46,487 nt of DNA from Octopus sinensis (Eukaryota), in contig NW_021835061.1 in NCBI RefSeq assembly GCF_006345805.1, positions 1 to 46,487 of the forward strand, given 5' to 3'. The notes under the pieces are model-generated. The model had not been told where the DNA came from. It did not search any database and worked only from the letters and a program-made list of their open reading frames with translations. The position numbers were made by a program, and so were the translations under genes. Below, in pieces: positions 24,226-35,812 of this stretch (positions are counted from its first letter, which is position 1; the number at the start of each line of letters is the position of its first letter).

Positions 24226-24226
<1 letters not shown>
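23915..24226 (-). mobile_element. SINE family C
   Basis: Minus-strand tRNA-like head (ttagtcgttagggtgttcggttcacgatcgcatggttgtgagttcgattcc) and a body shared with 26255-26565 and 33535-33700. Confidence 0.8.
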
Positions 24227-24256
<30 letters not shown>

Positions 24257-24348
24257 GTAGACAAACATGAAAGCATATATGAATGCATGCCATATGTATG
24301 TATGTATATATGTATGCATCTCTTTATATACATATACATACATATATC

Positions 24349-24379
<31 letters not shown>

Positions 24380-24458
24380 TATATATATATATATATATCG
24401 TGTGTGTGTATATGTGTTTGTGTGCACTTGCTTGCTTGCATGTTTGTGCTTGTGTGCG

Positions 24459-24481
<23 letters not shown>

Positions 24482-24489
<8 letters not shown>

Positions 24490-24856
24490 AAAGGGCTTAG
24501 TAAAATAAATTACTTTGCCGCATACTGAACTCATTAGAAATAGCAGCCAAAAACTTTTAAAGCTATTTCTAATACTTAAAGAAAATCTCTCTCATATATA
24601 GTGTTTGCTTAATTCAACTCACAAAAGTTTGGGGTAAGGACATCGAAAAATCAAATGCTAAGTTATTCGAATAACCTTAGCATTTGATTTTTCGATGTCC
24701 TTACCCCCAAACTTTTGTGAGTTGAATTAAGCAAACACTATATATGAGAGGATTTCTTTAAGTATTAGAAATAGCTTTAAAAAGTTTTTGGCTGCTATTT
24801 CTAATGAGTTCAGTATGCGGCAAAGTAATTTATTTTACTAAGCCCTTTTATATAAT
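24482..24856. repeat. About 375-bp fold-back palindrome (arms about 187 bp, no spacer)
   Basis: Arms are reverse complements around the centre gttattc|gaataac (24668/24669) and differ only by a few single-base indels. Confidence 0.95.
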
Positions 24857-25092
24857 GTAATAATTTGAATTCGCCTGAATGGTCCCTTTGCATACTGAAC
24901 ACTTGTGAAATTGATTAATAATTAATTAATTTTGCCCTCAATTGTTGAAATTATATATATATTATATATATATATATACATATGTATGTATCGATCCATA
25001 TGAAGTCGTTCCTACAAAAGTGCAGATTGATATACAATGTGTGCATGGATATACACACGTATAAACACACACACACACATATACACATATAC

Positions 25093-25133
<41 letters not shown>

Positions 25134-25206
25134 CATATATATATAAGTATATACATATATGTATATATATGTATATACATGTATATATATAAATGTATAT
25201 CCATGT

Positions 25207-25238
<32 letters not shown>

Positions 25239-25910
25239 CACCCCAACACACACACATACACACACACACACATACACACACACACACACATACACACACA
25301 CATATATATGGGTCTACATGCAGACACGTACACAGACATATATGGTGGTGAGTAAATACCCTAAAAACGTACAAATATAAACGCATGTACACTCAGAGGC
25401 ATAAATATATGAAACAAATGTATGGAAGACTAACACATGCATACCATCACGGACACACAATACATACACTTGCACCTATTATACATAGATGCTACACACA
25501 CACATCTCTGTCCATCGATCCCTCTGTCTTTCTGTTTATTCATCCACACATGCGCAGCTTCGTCCTTTCCATGAATACGTACGATACAGGAATTCATTCG
25601 CCTATCCGTACACATGTACATGCATACGTACGTAAATACACAGACACGCACACACGCTGACAAACACACACACACGCACATACACATACATATATATATC
25701 CATCGATCCCTCTATCCTTTTATTCATTCGCACATACACAGGTACGTTTTTACAAGAATACATAGACCCATACATACATACACACACACACATATATACA
25801 TACCACATACACAAACATACAGAAGATATATATATATAGATAGATATATACATATATTATATATATATATATATCTTATATATATATTATATATAATATA
25901 TATATCTATA

Positions 25911-25941
<31 letters not shown>

Positions 25942-25955
25942 ATACACATATATGT

Positions 25956-25992
<37 letters not shown>

Positions 25993-25993
<1 letters not shown>

Positions 25994-26110
25994 TATATAG
26001 AAGGAGCTTCTACAGGACTAGAACTGTTTCATTCAAGAGAAATCTTCAGGAAGCTCCTGAAGATTTCTCTTGAAAACAGTTCTAGTCCTGTAGAAGCTCC
26101 TTCTATATAA
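25993..26110. repeat. 118-bp palindrome formed by inverted copies of a hammerhead-bearing unit
   Basis: ttatatagaaggagcttctacaggactagaactgttt...caggaagctcctg...aaacagttctagtcctgtagaagctccttctatataa. Confidence 0.92.
25999..26057 (-). ncRNA. Type I hammerhead ribozyme fold with all three helices
   Basis: Minus strand: ggagcttc-CTGAAGA-tttc-tctt-gaat-GAAA-cag-ttctagtc-ctg-TA-gaagctcc. Helix I is 8 bp. Helix II begins with a U.U mismatch. Confidence 0.7.
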
Positions 26111-26254
26111 ATTAAATATTTACTCTGCTATGTATTGAGTACCTTATTTACTGTGGTTAACCCCGAATCAACCCGGGACCTTACTATAATATATATATAT
26201 CATAGTATATATATATATATACACATACCTTTCATATAAACATATATACTTTAC

Positions 26255-26565
26255 TGGCACCCCGTCGGTTATAACGATGACTGTTCTAGTTGTTTCGATC
26301 CATGGAACAGCCTCCTCGCGAAACTAACGTGCAAGTGGCTGAGCACTCCACAGATGCTTGTGCCTTTAACGTAGTTCTCAAGGAGATTCAACATGGCACA
26401 CAATTTGACAAGGCTGGCCCCCTTGCAATACAGGTTTTAGCCAATGAAGTGGACTGGAGAGTCGTGAAATAGTGTCTTGCTCAAGAACACGATGTGCCTC
26501 TGCGAATTGAACTCACCACCTTGCGATCGTGAGCCGAATGCTCTAATCACTAAGCCACGCGCTTT
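26255..26565 (-). mobile_element. SINE family C
   Basis: Same head and body as 23915-24226. Confidence 0.8.
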
Positions 26566-29039
26566 TGCCCACATGTACAATGCATGAAGATACGCATATT
26601 CGCATACATTTATAACACCTGTGTGTGTTTGTGTATACACACCTAGCCACACACGATATATATATATATATACATACATGCATACATATATATCTATATA
26701 TATATATATATGTTTGTATATATGTATGTATATATATATATATATATAATATATATATATAATATATATATATATTATATATACATGCATGCGTATATGT
26801 CAAGGAGACGACATGTGTGCAATGAGGGGACGATTTTTCCCTACGATACATCTCTCTGTTGAAAAAAGTAAAACGAACAATAACAACGTCAATAACAACA
26901 ACAAAAACAGCAACAGCAGAAATAATAAAATAATTAACGGAAAGAAAAGGGCGGGGGTGGGAGGGTGTTAGGGTGGAATAAAATAAGTGAAACCAAATGA
27001 AAGATTCGAAAAGGGAGAACCAAAATATGGCGGTGATGGCAGCGATAAATGGTGGAAATGGCGGTGGCGGATATGGCATTGTTGTTAATAGTAGTGGTGA
27101 TGATGGCGTTGGTGGTGACGGTAAGTAGTGACCTAGTGGTATTGGTGGTGGCGGTGGTGTTAGTGTTCGTGGCGGTGTCACAGTGGCGTTGGCGGCGGTG
27201 TTATTGGGGGTGGTGGCCCTGTTGGTGTTGGTGGTCTGGTGCGTTTAGAAGACAAAAAAATAAAATAATAAAATAAAATAAAATAAAAGACTGTGCCTCG
27301 AGTAGATACAGCGGAATCTTCGAAATTTCATTCATTAAATCTTCCATGAAATGTGAATATCTCGAGGTCAATCGTGGTGGTGGCGGCGACGGCGACGTCG
27401 AGATGGGATATTATATTCGGACGTAATTAAAAAGCCACATATCTCTTACGGTTAAACAATATGGCGGCGGTAGTAGTGACAGCGGTGGTGGATGTTCAAC
27501 TGAGCATCTTTACTTATAAAGAAAGCCAGCCCGCACTTTTCTTTTTTTTTTACATTGTTATAATAACACTAACACTGACTCCTGACTCCGGGAGTCGTCA
27601 GTCAGTCAGCGTCACACACAACACACATCAGAACAAACCCAAACGAAATAAAATAAATAAATTCATTAATAAATATAGCGCATGCGTAATATAAGAATTT
27701 AGTTTGTTAGTTCATCAATCCAATTAATAAATTCATTTAATTCTTCTCGGTTCTGTTTGCTGCTGCCGTCATTTGCCCTAAAACTGATAACTTATTATCA
27801 TTTAATTCTTCATTCGTTTGTTCGTGTTCCGCCATTCCTACATTCCCTATATTCTTGTTCGTTTATTATTTTTTTTTGCTTTCGTTTTTCCGTATCCTCC
27901 CAGTGCATGTGTATTTATGTATGTGTGTGTGTGTATGTATGAGTGTATGTATGTTTGTATGTATGTATGACTCTATGTATGTACGTTTGTATGTATATAT
28001 ATTTGTATGTAGGTATGTATGTATGTATGTATGTATTAGTGTATTATGTATGTATGCCTGTGCATTTTTATGTGTGTGATTATGTGTGTGCATATGCGTG
28101 CCTTAAACATGAGCAGCTTGGATGTAGCTTTTCAGCCCTGTCAAGGATTGACACTTATATATGCATATACATACATAGATACATGCATACATGCATACAT
28201 ACATACATAAATGCATGTATACAAACATACATACATGTATACATACATGCATGCTGCTAGCATGCACACATACATACATGCATACATAATACATACATTA
28301 CATACATACATACATTACATACATACATGCATGTATGCATACATACATATATACATGCATGTATACATGTATACATGCATACCTGCATGCATACATACAT
28401 ACATACATACATACATACATGAATGCATACATGCATGCATACAAACACACATATACACACAAACACACACATACACACATACATACATACACATATACAT
28501 ACATACGTAGATAAATAAATACGTTCGCACAAGCGTGCGTACGAACATACGTACGTAAAAATGTCCGTACGAGCATGCATACATACGTACGTACGAACCT
28601 ATATTCATATCTACGTATATATACATGCACATATGCACACATGCACACACGTATATTTGCACATACACACTCTTCATATAAATACACACATCATAAACGT
28701 CCGTGAAATTATCAATAATTTAATTTTTTTTTTAAATCGAATTAACGTCTGCTGATATTTCCATATACTGAAATTCATTTACCAATTCCTGATAGGAACC
28801 ATTCTCATCTAGTGACAGAAGAGGCGGAAGAGTGTCTACGTGTTGAAACGAAATAATGTTTACGGATACTAAGTTTCTGCCACACCATTTTCAATCTCCT
28901 GGTCATCTCTTATGATGGTTGACCATCAGTTGTCCACAAAAGCGTTTTAATTTTAAGTGGCCAAAGATAAACGCGCATGAGAAGAGGCTAAAGAGAAGGT
29001 GTCCTAAATATGTACTTGAAGGAAATTCGAAAAAAAATC

Positions 29040-29135
29040 TGGCATTAGCAGTGGCTGTGTGGTAAGAAACTTGCTTCCCAACCACGTGGTTCTAGGTTCA
29101 GAATCACTGCGTGGCATCTTGGGCAATATTTGCCA
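29040..29135 (+). mobile_element. SINE family B head
   Basis: gcagtggctgtgtggtaagaaacttgcttcccaaccacgtggttctaggttcagaatcactgcgtggcatcttgggcaa. Confidence 0.75.
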
Positions 29136-29156
29136 CTTAAATGCAGCACTCCCACA

Positions 29157-29312
29157 TTCTTCTTCTTCTTCTTCTTCTTCTTCTTCTTCTTCTTCTTCTT
29201 CTTCTTCTTCTTCTTCTTCTTCTTCTTCTTCTTCTTCTTCTTCTTCTTCTTCTCCTTCTTCTTCTTCTTCTTTTCTTCTTCTTCTTCTTCTTCTTCTTCT
29301 TCTTCTTCTTCT
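29157..29312. repeat. (TTC)n trinucleotide microsatellite, about 155 bp
   Basis: Read directly from the sequence. Confidence 0.98.
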
Positions 29313-29449
29313 TTTCTTCCCTACCAAGAATTCACAACAGGAGAGACAGAGACAGTCAGAAAGAAGGAAAATGCCACTTGTATTTGAACACCATACATCG
29401 AATCGACATTGCCTGTGCAGGGGTACGGTGTGTCGCACATTATATATGT

Positions 29450-29568
29450 CGAAGTGATGCTTGAGCGATGCGAAACGGAGTGTTTCGTTGAAGAACTCGA
29501 CGCACCCGGAAATCGAAACCACGACGTTGCGATCGTGAAGGCAACATCCTAACTACTAAGCCACGATC
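29450..29568 (-). mobile_element. SINE family C head fragment
   Basis: Minus strand cgtggcttagtagttaggatgttgccttcacgatcgcaacgtcgtggtttcgatttcc. Confidence 0.65.
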
Positions 29569-30134
29569 AACAGAGAAAGCTGTATGTAAACACTTAGCAA
29601 CGTGTTAGATAAATGGCTGTCAGAAGAGTAAGTTCATGTTTAAAGATGGCGACGTCGCTAAAGGAAACCACAGCTACTGAAACAAGAATGAGTTAATAGT
29701 AGGATAACTGAGTTTAGTTAATAATTAAAACGAAACGTTATTAAATTATTACTCGTGCAGATGTAGGAGCTTATTATTGGGAATGGAATTAGTAATTAAA
29801 CAGCGACTTAGGCTTAATTATAGAATAAGGAAAAACAACACATGTCAGAAATGACTGAAAGTTTTATGTAAGACATTGTCCAATGTGTTATTGTGGTATT
29901 TAATGTTTAAAGGTTAATATAATATCTTAGATTTAGTAATGTAATTCTGTGGACTATAACGTCTCTGTTGTTATTCATTATAATAAAATAAGCGTGCTAT
30001 TTAGCCCCAAGTTAATCCTGATCGAACATACCTATAATCAAAAGTCTCCAACCGCAACCATCTCTTATGTTAACCACGTTCAAGAAAATAAAAGCCACAT
30101 TAACCGACAACATTTTCTTTCTCAAACGATAGGG

Positions 30135-30345
30135 AGCGAAGCGATAGCATGCTGTCAACTTAATGTGACAGCCCCATAAAACGGAAGAATGCTCCTGTTA
30201 TTTAGCCCTAGGAAACACCGTTTCCTATTGGACTTAACACATTTCCTGTGTCCTTATGTTTTCAAAGTGGAGAAAAGCACCTTCACCCAGCAAAACTAGC
30301 ATCCAGAAACTAGTTTCAGAGTCATTTCTCATCATCAGTCCGGAG
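30135..30345 (-). mobile_element. Penelope-like pLTR unit with hammerhead; a second, truncated direct copy lies at about 31050-31235
   Basis: About 190 bp (gatagcatgctgtcaact...ccagaaactagtttcagagtcatt) occurs twice. Confidence 0.65.
30302..30344 (-). ncRNA. Minimal type I hammerhead ribozyme fold with palindromic helix III
   Basis: Minus strand: tccgga-CTGATGA-tgag-aaatga-ctct-GAAA-cta-GTT-tctgga. Helix I is 6 bp. ACTAGT is self-complementary. Confidence 0.72.
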
Positions 30346-30555
30346 TAATTTCTTTATTATGATAATAAGTATCATTTACAAAGAGGAACAATACAGGACG
30401 TTACAAACATATTGATGAGTTAAGTGTGTTTATAATTAAAAATTGCTTGAGTTCTATATACAATTTATATACAATTTAAAAGTTTACACAAACTTATTTT
30501 CGCACCGAATGGCCAGAAATCCAGCGACTACATCTTGCTTTTGCCATGGATGGAA

Positions 30556-30940
30556 TTAAGTAGGGACAATCACTCCCAACTTCCTCACGACATCCTTCCA
30601 TCTTTTTTCATATATGCTTCGCGACGGGTGTCTCCTCTCCAGCCCTATCTTGCTCTTCAGGTGGTACCTGAAGTAGTATAGCAGACCAGTGCTGGAGATG
30701 AAGGATCCTGTCTCGATTCCTTGCATTCTTGTTCTCTATGCACGCTCTTTCATTACTGCGACCGTACAGAGAAAACAAGCCTCACCTTCCTTTGATAGTC
30801 CGGTTGGCGGTACAATCTTTATCGCAGACCCAGCTGATAGCTGCATTCTTCCCAGGTACGACAACACGTCTTCTACGTAAATTACCAAGCCCGAAAGCTG
30901 CGGGGACTGTACAAAAGCGTGCAGGACAGTTTCCCTTGGT
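30556..30940 (-). pseudogene. C-terminal ORF2 remnant of a second Tx1-clade subfamily
   Basis: ETVLHAFVQSPQLSGLVIYVEDVLSYLGRMQLSAGSAIKIVPP...EGEACFLCTVAVMKERA*RTRMQGIETGSFISSTGLLYYFRYHLKSKIGLERRHPSRSIYEKRWKDVVRKL* aligns colinearly with Tx1 copies 1 and 2. Confidence 0.8.
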
Positions 30941-32019
30941 AGCCTATGAAAACATATTTCAAGTGAAATACATTCACGGATTTTTGAAAATAGAGATAAT
31001 ATATTTGTAAATCTCGCAGAGAGATTTATGCAGTCACAACACGATAAAATGATAGCATGCTGTCAACTTAATGTGTCAGTCCCATACAAAGGAAGAATGT
31101 TACTGTTATTTAGCCCTAGGAAACACCGTTTTCTATTGGACTTAACACATTTCCTGTGTCCTTATGTTTTCAAAGTGGAGACAAGCACCTCCACCCAGCA
31201 AAACCAGTAACCAGAAACTAGTTTCAGAGTCATTGCATGCTATCACTTTATCGTGCTGCTACTGCATAAATCTCTCTGAGAGATTTAGAATTATATTATT
31301 TTGAGAGATTTCGCTAAAAGGTTAAGCAACCAAGCAGAAGCTCCTGCATTGGCTGATGTGAATGGAGTAACAGAATGGACAAACTGCTCTCTAGTCTTAC
31401 ATCCTTTTACGTTCACAGTTCAAATTCCACTGAGATCATCTTTGCTTTCATCTTTCTAGAGACTAAGGTATTTCTCAAACATTTAAAAACTATATCTCTT
31501 ACTTTTACTAACACTCTGTCAACGTCCCTTTGCTACAATTCCCGAAATATTAAAATACACCGCATATATGCGCGCATGTGTAAGCTCACACGGGTCTAAA
31601 AACATTATCAAATGCCACAGGTGCAGTGGCTGTCTTTATTGGATGTATGGAAAAGTTCATAAATATTGACAATGTCTTTAAAATTATATATCTTTTATTG
31701 TTTATAATTTAAAATTTACATATGATATATATATTATATATGTTCATTCAACTTTTCGCATTTCAAAGTCTATTAATATGATTGATGCTGTAGCTATTGT
31801 GGTCGTTGTGAAAGCAGTTTATCATAATATTTTAATTTAAATGATTTATAATACTAAACGCTAGAAAGCGTAGAAATGCATCTATTATCTTCTACGGCTT
31901 TTTTTCCAAGTGTTTATAAAAAGTTTTTCACGCTTTCTCCTCCAAACTGAAGACGGTGCCGCTCACTTTGAGAAGCAGCAAATTAAAATCCACTACGCAG
32001 ATTTCAAATTTTATACCTG

Positions 32020-32160
32020 CTGTATGGTAGGAAATTTGCTTCCCAACCATATCGTTCCGTCCCATTGCGTGGCACCTTGGGCAAGTGTATTTCTACTATA
32101 ACTCAGGCCGACTGAATCCTTGAACGGAATATGTAGACAGAAATGTAAGAAACCCGTCGT
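32020..32160 (+). mobile_element. SINE family B (a family C body fragment follows at about 32265-32395)
   Basis: ggtaggaaatttgcttcccaacc...gcgtggcaccttgggcaagtgtatttctactata...agaaacccgtcgtata. Confidence 0.75.
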
Positions 32161-32194
<34 letters not shown>

Positions 32195-32466
32195 ATATAT
32201 ATATATATATATGTATATAGTGTGGTGTGTGTGGTGGTGTGTGTGTGTGTTGTGTGGGTGGTGAGTGAATGTGATGCCGGCTTCGTGTGTTTCAAAAGTG
32301 ACTCCACGTTGAAATGTCTGAACGTGCAAATGTCTGAGCACTCCACAGATACGTGTAACCCTTAACGTAATTCTCGGGGAGATTCAGCGTGACAGTGTTA
32401 TTACCAAAACAATTTAAATTTCCAACGTCTTCTGTCTGTTTGTCTATTTGTTTGTCTGTCTGTCTC

Positions 32467-32513
<47 letters not shown>

Positions 32514-32704
32514 ATAATATTATATATATATATATATATATTATAGAGAGAGAGAGAGAGAGGGGGGAGATAGATAGATAGATAAATATATACACATACA
32601 AAATAACATATGTATGTATATAATATATTTGTATATATATATATATATGTATATATATTAATATATATGTATATATGTATATATTATATATATATATATA
32701 GATA

Positions 32705-32787
<83 letters not shown>

Positions 32788-33516
32788 CGAGCTCCGTCAT
32801 CAAAAGCTCTGCAGTAGGTCTCAAGATGAACCGCATGAAAACGAAGTTCATGCGGTCAGACAATGTACCAAAAGGTCGAATGGTGATCGGCAGTGATGAA
32901 ATAGAGGAGGTAAAGGAATATGTCTACCTGGGACAGGAAGTGAATATGTGTCGAGATATCGAAAAGGAGATCTCATGGAAAGTAAGAACCGGATGGAAGG
33001 CGTTCAATGGCATAAGCGATGTGCTCAAGGGAAGGTTGGACAGAACCACCCGCGTCAGCCTCATCAACAGTACAGTTCTACCTGCAATGTTATATGGTAG
33101 TGAAACATGGGCTACAACAAAGAGCGAAGAGCAGAGACTGGTAACGGCTCAAAGAGCCATGGAAAGGTCAATGCTTGGTATCACATTGAGAGAGCACATC
33201 AGTAGCGAGATCATAGAGAAAGAAGTCCGGCGTGAGGGATGTCATCGCAGAGTATACATGCATTAAGTTTAGATGGGCTGGACACGTCGCCCGGCTCACC
33301 GATAATCGGTGGACCCGCGCAGTTGTCGAGTGGTACCCGCGCGAGCGGAAACGACCACCCGGAAGGCCTCCACAACGGTGGAGTTACGATTTCAGAAGGA
33401 CGATTGGGATCACTTGGATGAGAAAGACGCGATCCAGAGAGGAGTGGACAGCGTGCTGTGACCAGCGGTGTCAAATGGACGCCCGACAGACTGGTCGGTC
33501 AAGGTGATCAAGGTGA
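32788..33516 (+). mobile_element. RTE-clade LINE 3' fragment (RT C-terminus and thumb) with a (TCAAGGTGA)2 tail
   Basis: GLKMNRMKTKFM...YVYLGQEV...VLPAMLYGSETW...AQRAMERSMLG / KFRWAGHVAR.TDNRWT..VVEWYPRERKRPPGRPPQRW, with one frameshift. Tandem tail at 33499-33516. (TA)n lies on both sides. Confidence 0.93.
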
Positions 33517-33534
33517 TATTATATATATGTTAAT

Positions 33535-33700
33535 AGGATCCGATCAACGGAACAGCCAGCTCGTAAAATTAACGTGCAAGTGGCTGAGCACTCCACAGAC
33601 ACGTGTACCCTTAACGTAGTTCTCGGGGAGATTCAGCATGTCACAGAGTGTGACAATGCTGGCCCTTCAAAATACAGGTACAACAGAAACAGGAACAAAG
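33535..33700 (-). mobile_element. SINE family C 3' fragment
   Basis: gatccgatcaacggaacagccagctcgt...aacgtgcaagtggctgagcactccacagacacgtgtacccttaacgtagttctcggggagattcagc, shared with the other family C copies. Confidence 0.8.
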
Positions 33701-34582
33701 GGTGTGAGAAAGTTGTAGTGAAGGAGTACAACATGGTTCGCCACCTTCCCCTGCCAGAGCTCGTGGAGCTTTGGGTGCTTTCGCTCAATAAAAATTCACA
33801 ACGTCTGGTCCGGGAATCGAAACCGCGAGTCCTCTACCCTAACCACAGGGCCATTGAGCTTCCACAACAACAGTAGGATAAATAACACTTCATATATTTG
33901 GTGAGTTTAACTTCTTTTTTTTTTTGGTGTGTCTTAGGTATATTTAAAGAGGTTCAGTGAAACCGAACAATCTTCATTGGATCAGGAACTCTTCCAGTTG
34001 ATATACAGAAACCTCTGAGATAAAGAAATGATTCATAAAGCAGCCGCATCGTTGTTAATTAAGAGCGCGTGTGTGTAGCTGCGAAGGACTTGAAAACGTG
34101 TGGATATGTGTGTCTAGGCATGTGTATAGAGGCATGGGTGTTTGTGTATGTATAAGGCTATATATGCAAGTGTATATATATATATATATATATATATATG
34201 AATATGAAAGTTGCTACTAAGCAAAATGAATATAAACATACAATTATATAGAGATATATATGAGTGGCAGATAAAAACAGTCTCAAACACACGTGTGTAT
34301 GTATATGTCTGTGTGCGTGTATATATGTGTGCATATATGTATATATATGTGCATCTATTTATGTGTGTGTATGTGTGTACGTGTCTATAGGTATGGAGAG
34401 AGTTGTATATTTGTTCTGCGTATATATATGGCTACATATATGCATGTAAACTTGCAAGCGTGTATGTATATGTACGTGTATACACACAAATAATATATAT
34501 ATATATTATATATATATATATATATGCATATATATGTGTGTGTGTATGTATGTATATGTGTATATGTATATATGTATATATC

Positions 34583-34614
<32 letters not shown>

Positions 34615-34799
34615 ATTATATATATATATATGTATGTATGTACATATATATACATATACATATGTACAGGCGTACGTACACACATGCACACATACATTCA
34701 TACTTACAAACATACATATATATACATACATACATATACATACATAAAAGTACACCCATACATACATACATACACACACACACACCCACACAACACCAC

Positions 34800-34830
<31 letters not shown>

Positions 34831-35280
34831 ATATATAATTATATATATATATATTATATATATATATATATATACATATATATACATAACCTTACAGAGC
34901 ATATGTATGCGAAGTCAAAGAAGTCAACGGATTGCAACCAGGCGCTAAAGTCAATAAAAAAAAAAGGCGCGGAAGACTAAATCCGATTATTTGATTACAT
35001 CTTAAGCGGCCTCCGAAATAAAGTTTGGACTGTAACCACCAGAACGAGTTTATGGGGAGGTGGAGGAACCGTTAACCAAACAGAAGCATTAGCGAAATGT
35101 CCAGTGAATTCGGGTCATTTGAATATGGTAACATATGTAGGGTTTATACAAGGAAGACGGGTGACTTTGCTGTGATTTCATCAAAAGAATCAAATTAGAT
35201 TCATTAGATTCACAAATGGTGACACGGTACTTCTCAGTGCTCTGTACTAGGTGTACATAGAAATACTATATGTACACACA

Positions 35281-35329
<49 letters not shown>

Positions 35330-35374
35330 ACACACATACACGCACATACATATATATACTTCACCCTTTACTTG

Positions 35375-35590
35375 TTTCAGTCATTAGACTGGGGCCACTC
35401 TGGGGCAAAGCGTTGAAGAGTTTTGATCGAACAAATTAACACCAGTACCTATTCTTTTTAAGCTTTGTACTTATTCAATCGGCTGTTTTTTTTTTTTGTG
35501 GAACTGCTAAGCTACTGGGGGCGTAAACACACTAACACCGGTTGTTTGGTGGTGGTGATGGTGGTGGTGGAACAAACACAGACACAAAGA
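35375..35590 (+). mobile_element. Repeat family D; other copies at 38820-38990 (+), 41050-41245 (+) and about 35850-35950 (-)
   Basis: Shared core ttcagtcatt.gactg.ggcca...ttttgccgaac.gctaagtta.ggggacgtaaacacaccaaca.cggttgtc. Confidence 0.75.
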
Positions 35591-35644
35591 TACACATACA
35601 TATGTATATGCTTATGTATATATATCTGTGTGTGTGTGTGTATT

Positions 35645-35812
35645 GGCGCAGGAGTGGCTGTGTGGTAAGTAGGTTGCTCACCAGCCACATGATTCCAGGT
35701 TCAGTCCCACTGCGTGGAACCTTGGGCAAGTGTCTTGTAATATAGCCTCGGGCCGATCAAAGCCTTGTGAGTAGATTTAGTAGACGGAAACTGAAAGAAG
35801 CCCATTGTTTAT
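35645..35812 (+). mobile_element. SINE family B, near full length; other copies at 36388-36535 (+) and 40810-40965 (-)
   Basis: tRNA-like head ggcgcaggagtggctgtgtggtaag...ggttcagtcccactgcgtgg, body accttgggcaagtgtctt, and tail ggaaactgaaagaagccc into (TA)n. Confidence 0.85.

Noticed and set aside
24770-24915. Hammerhead-like ctaatgag ... gaaa within and after the long palindrome
   Set aside because: The core is mutated (CTAATGA), GAAA does not directly follow the candidate helix II, and no consistent cleavage triplet was found.
26800-27300. GGT/GGC-rich ORFs (26543-27181 minus, 27049-27276 plus); similar low complexity at 11450-11580 and 36540-36900
   Set aside because: These are cryptic trinucleotide-derived low complexity.
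29600-29700. gtaagt donor and AAGATGGCG (YY1/Kozak-like) motif
   Set aside because: The following ORF is very short and there is no other promoter or exon evidence.
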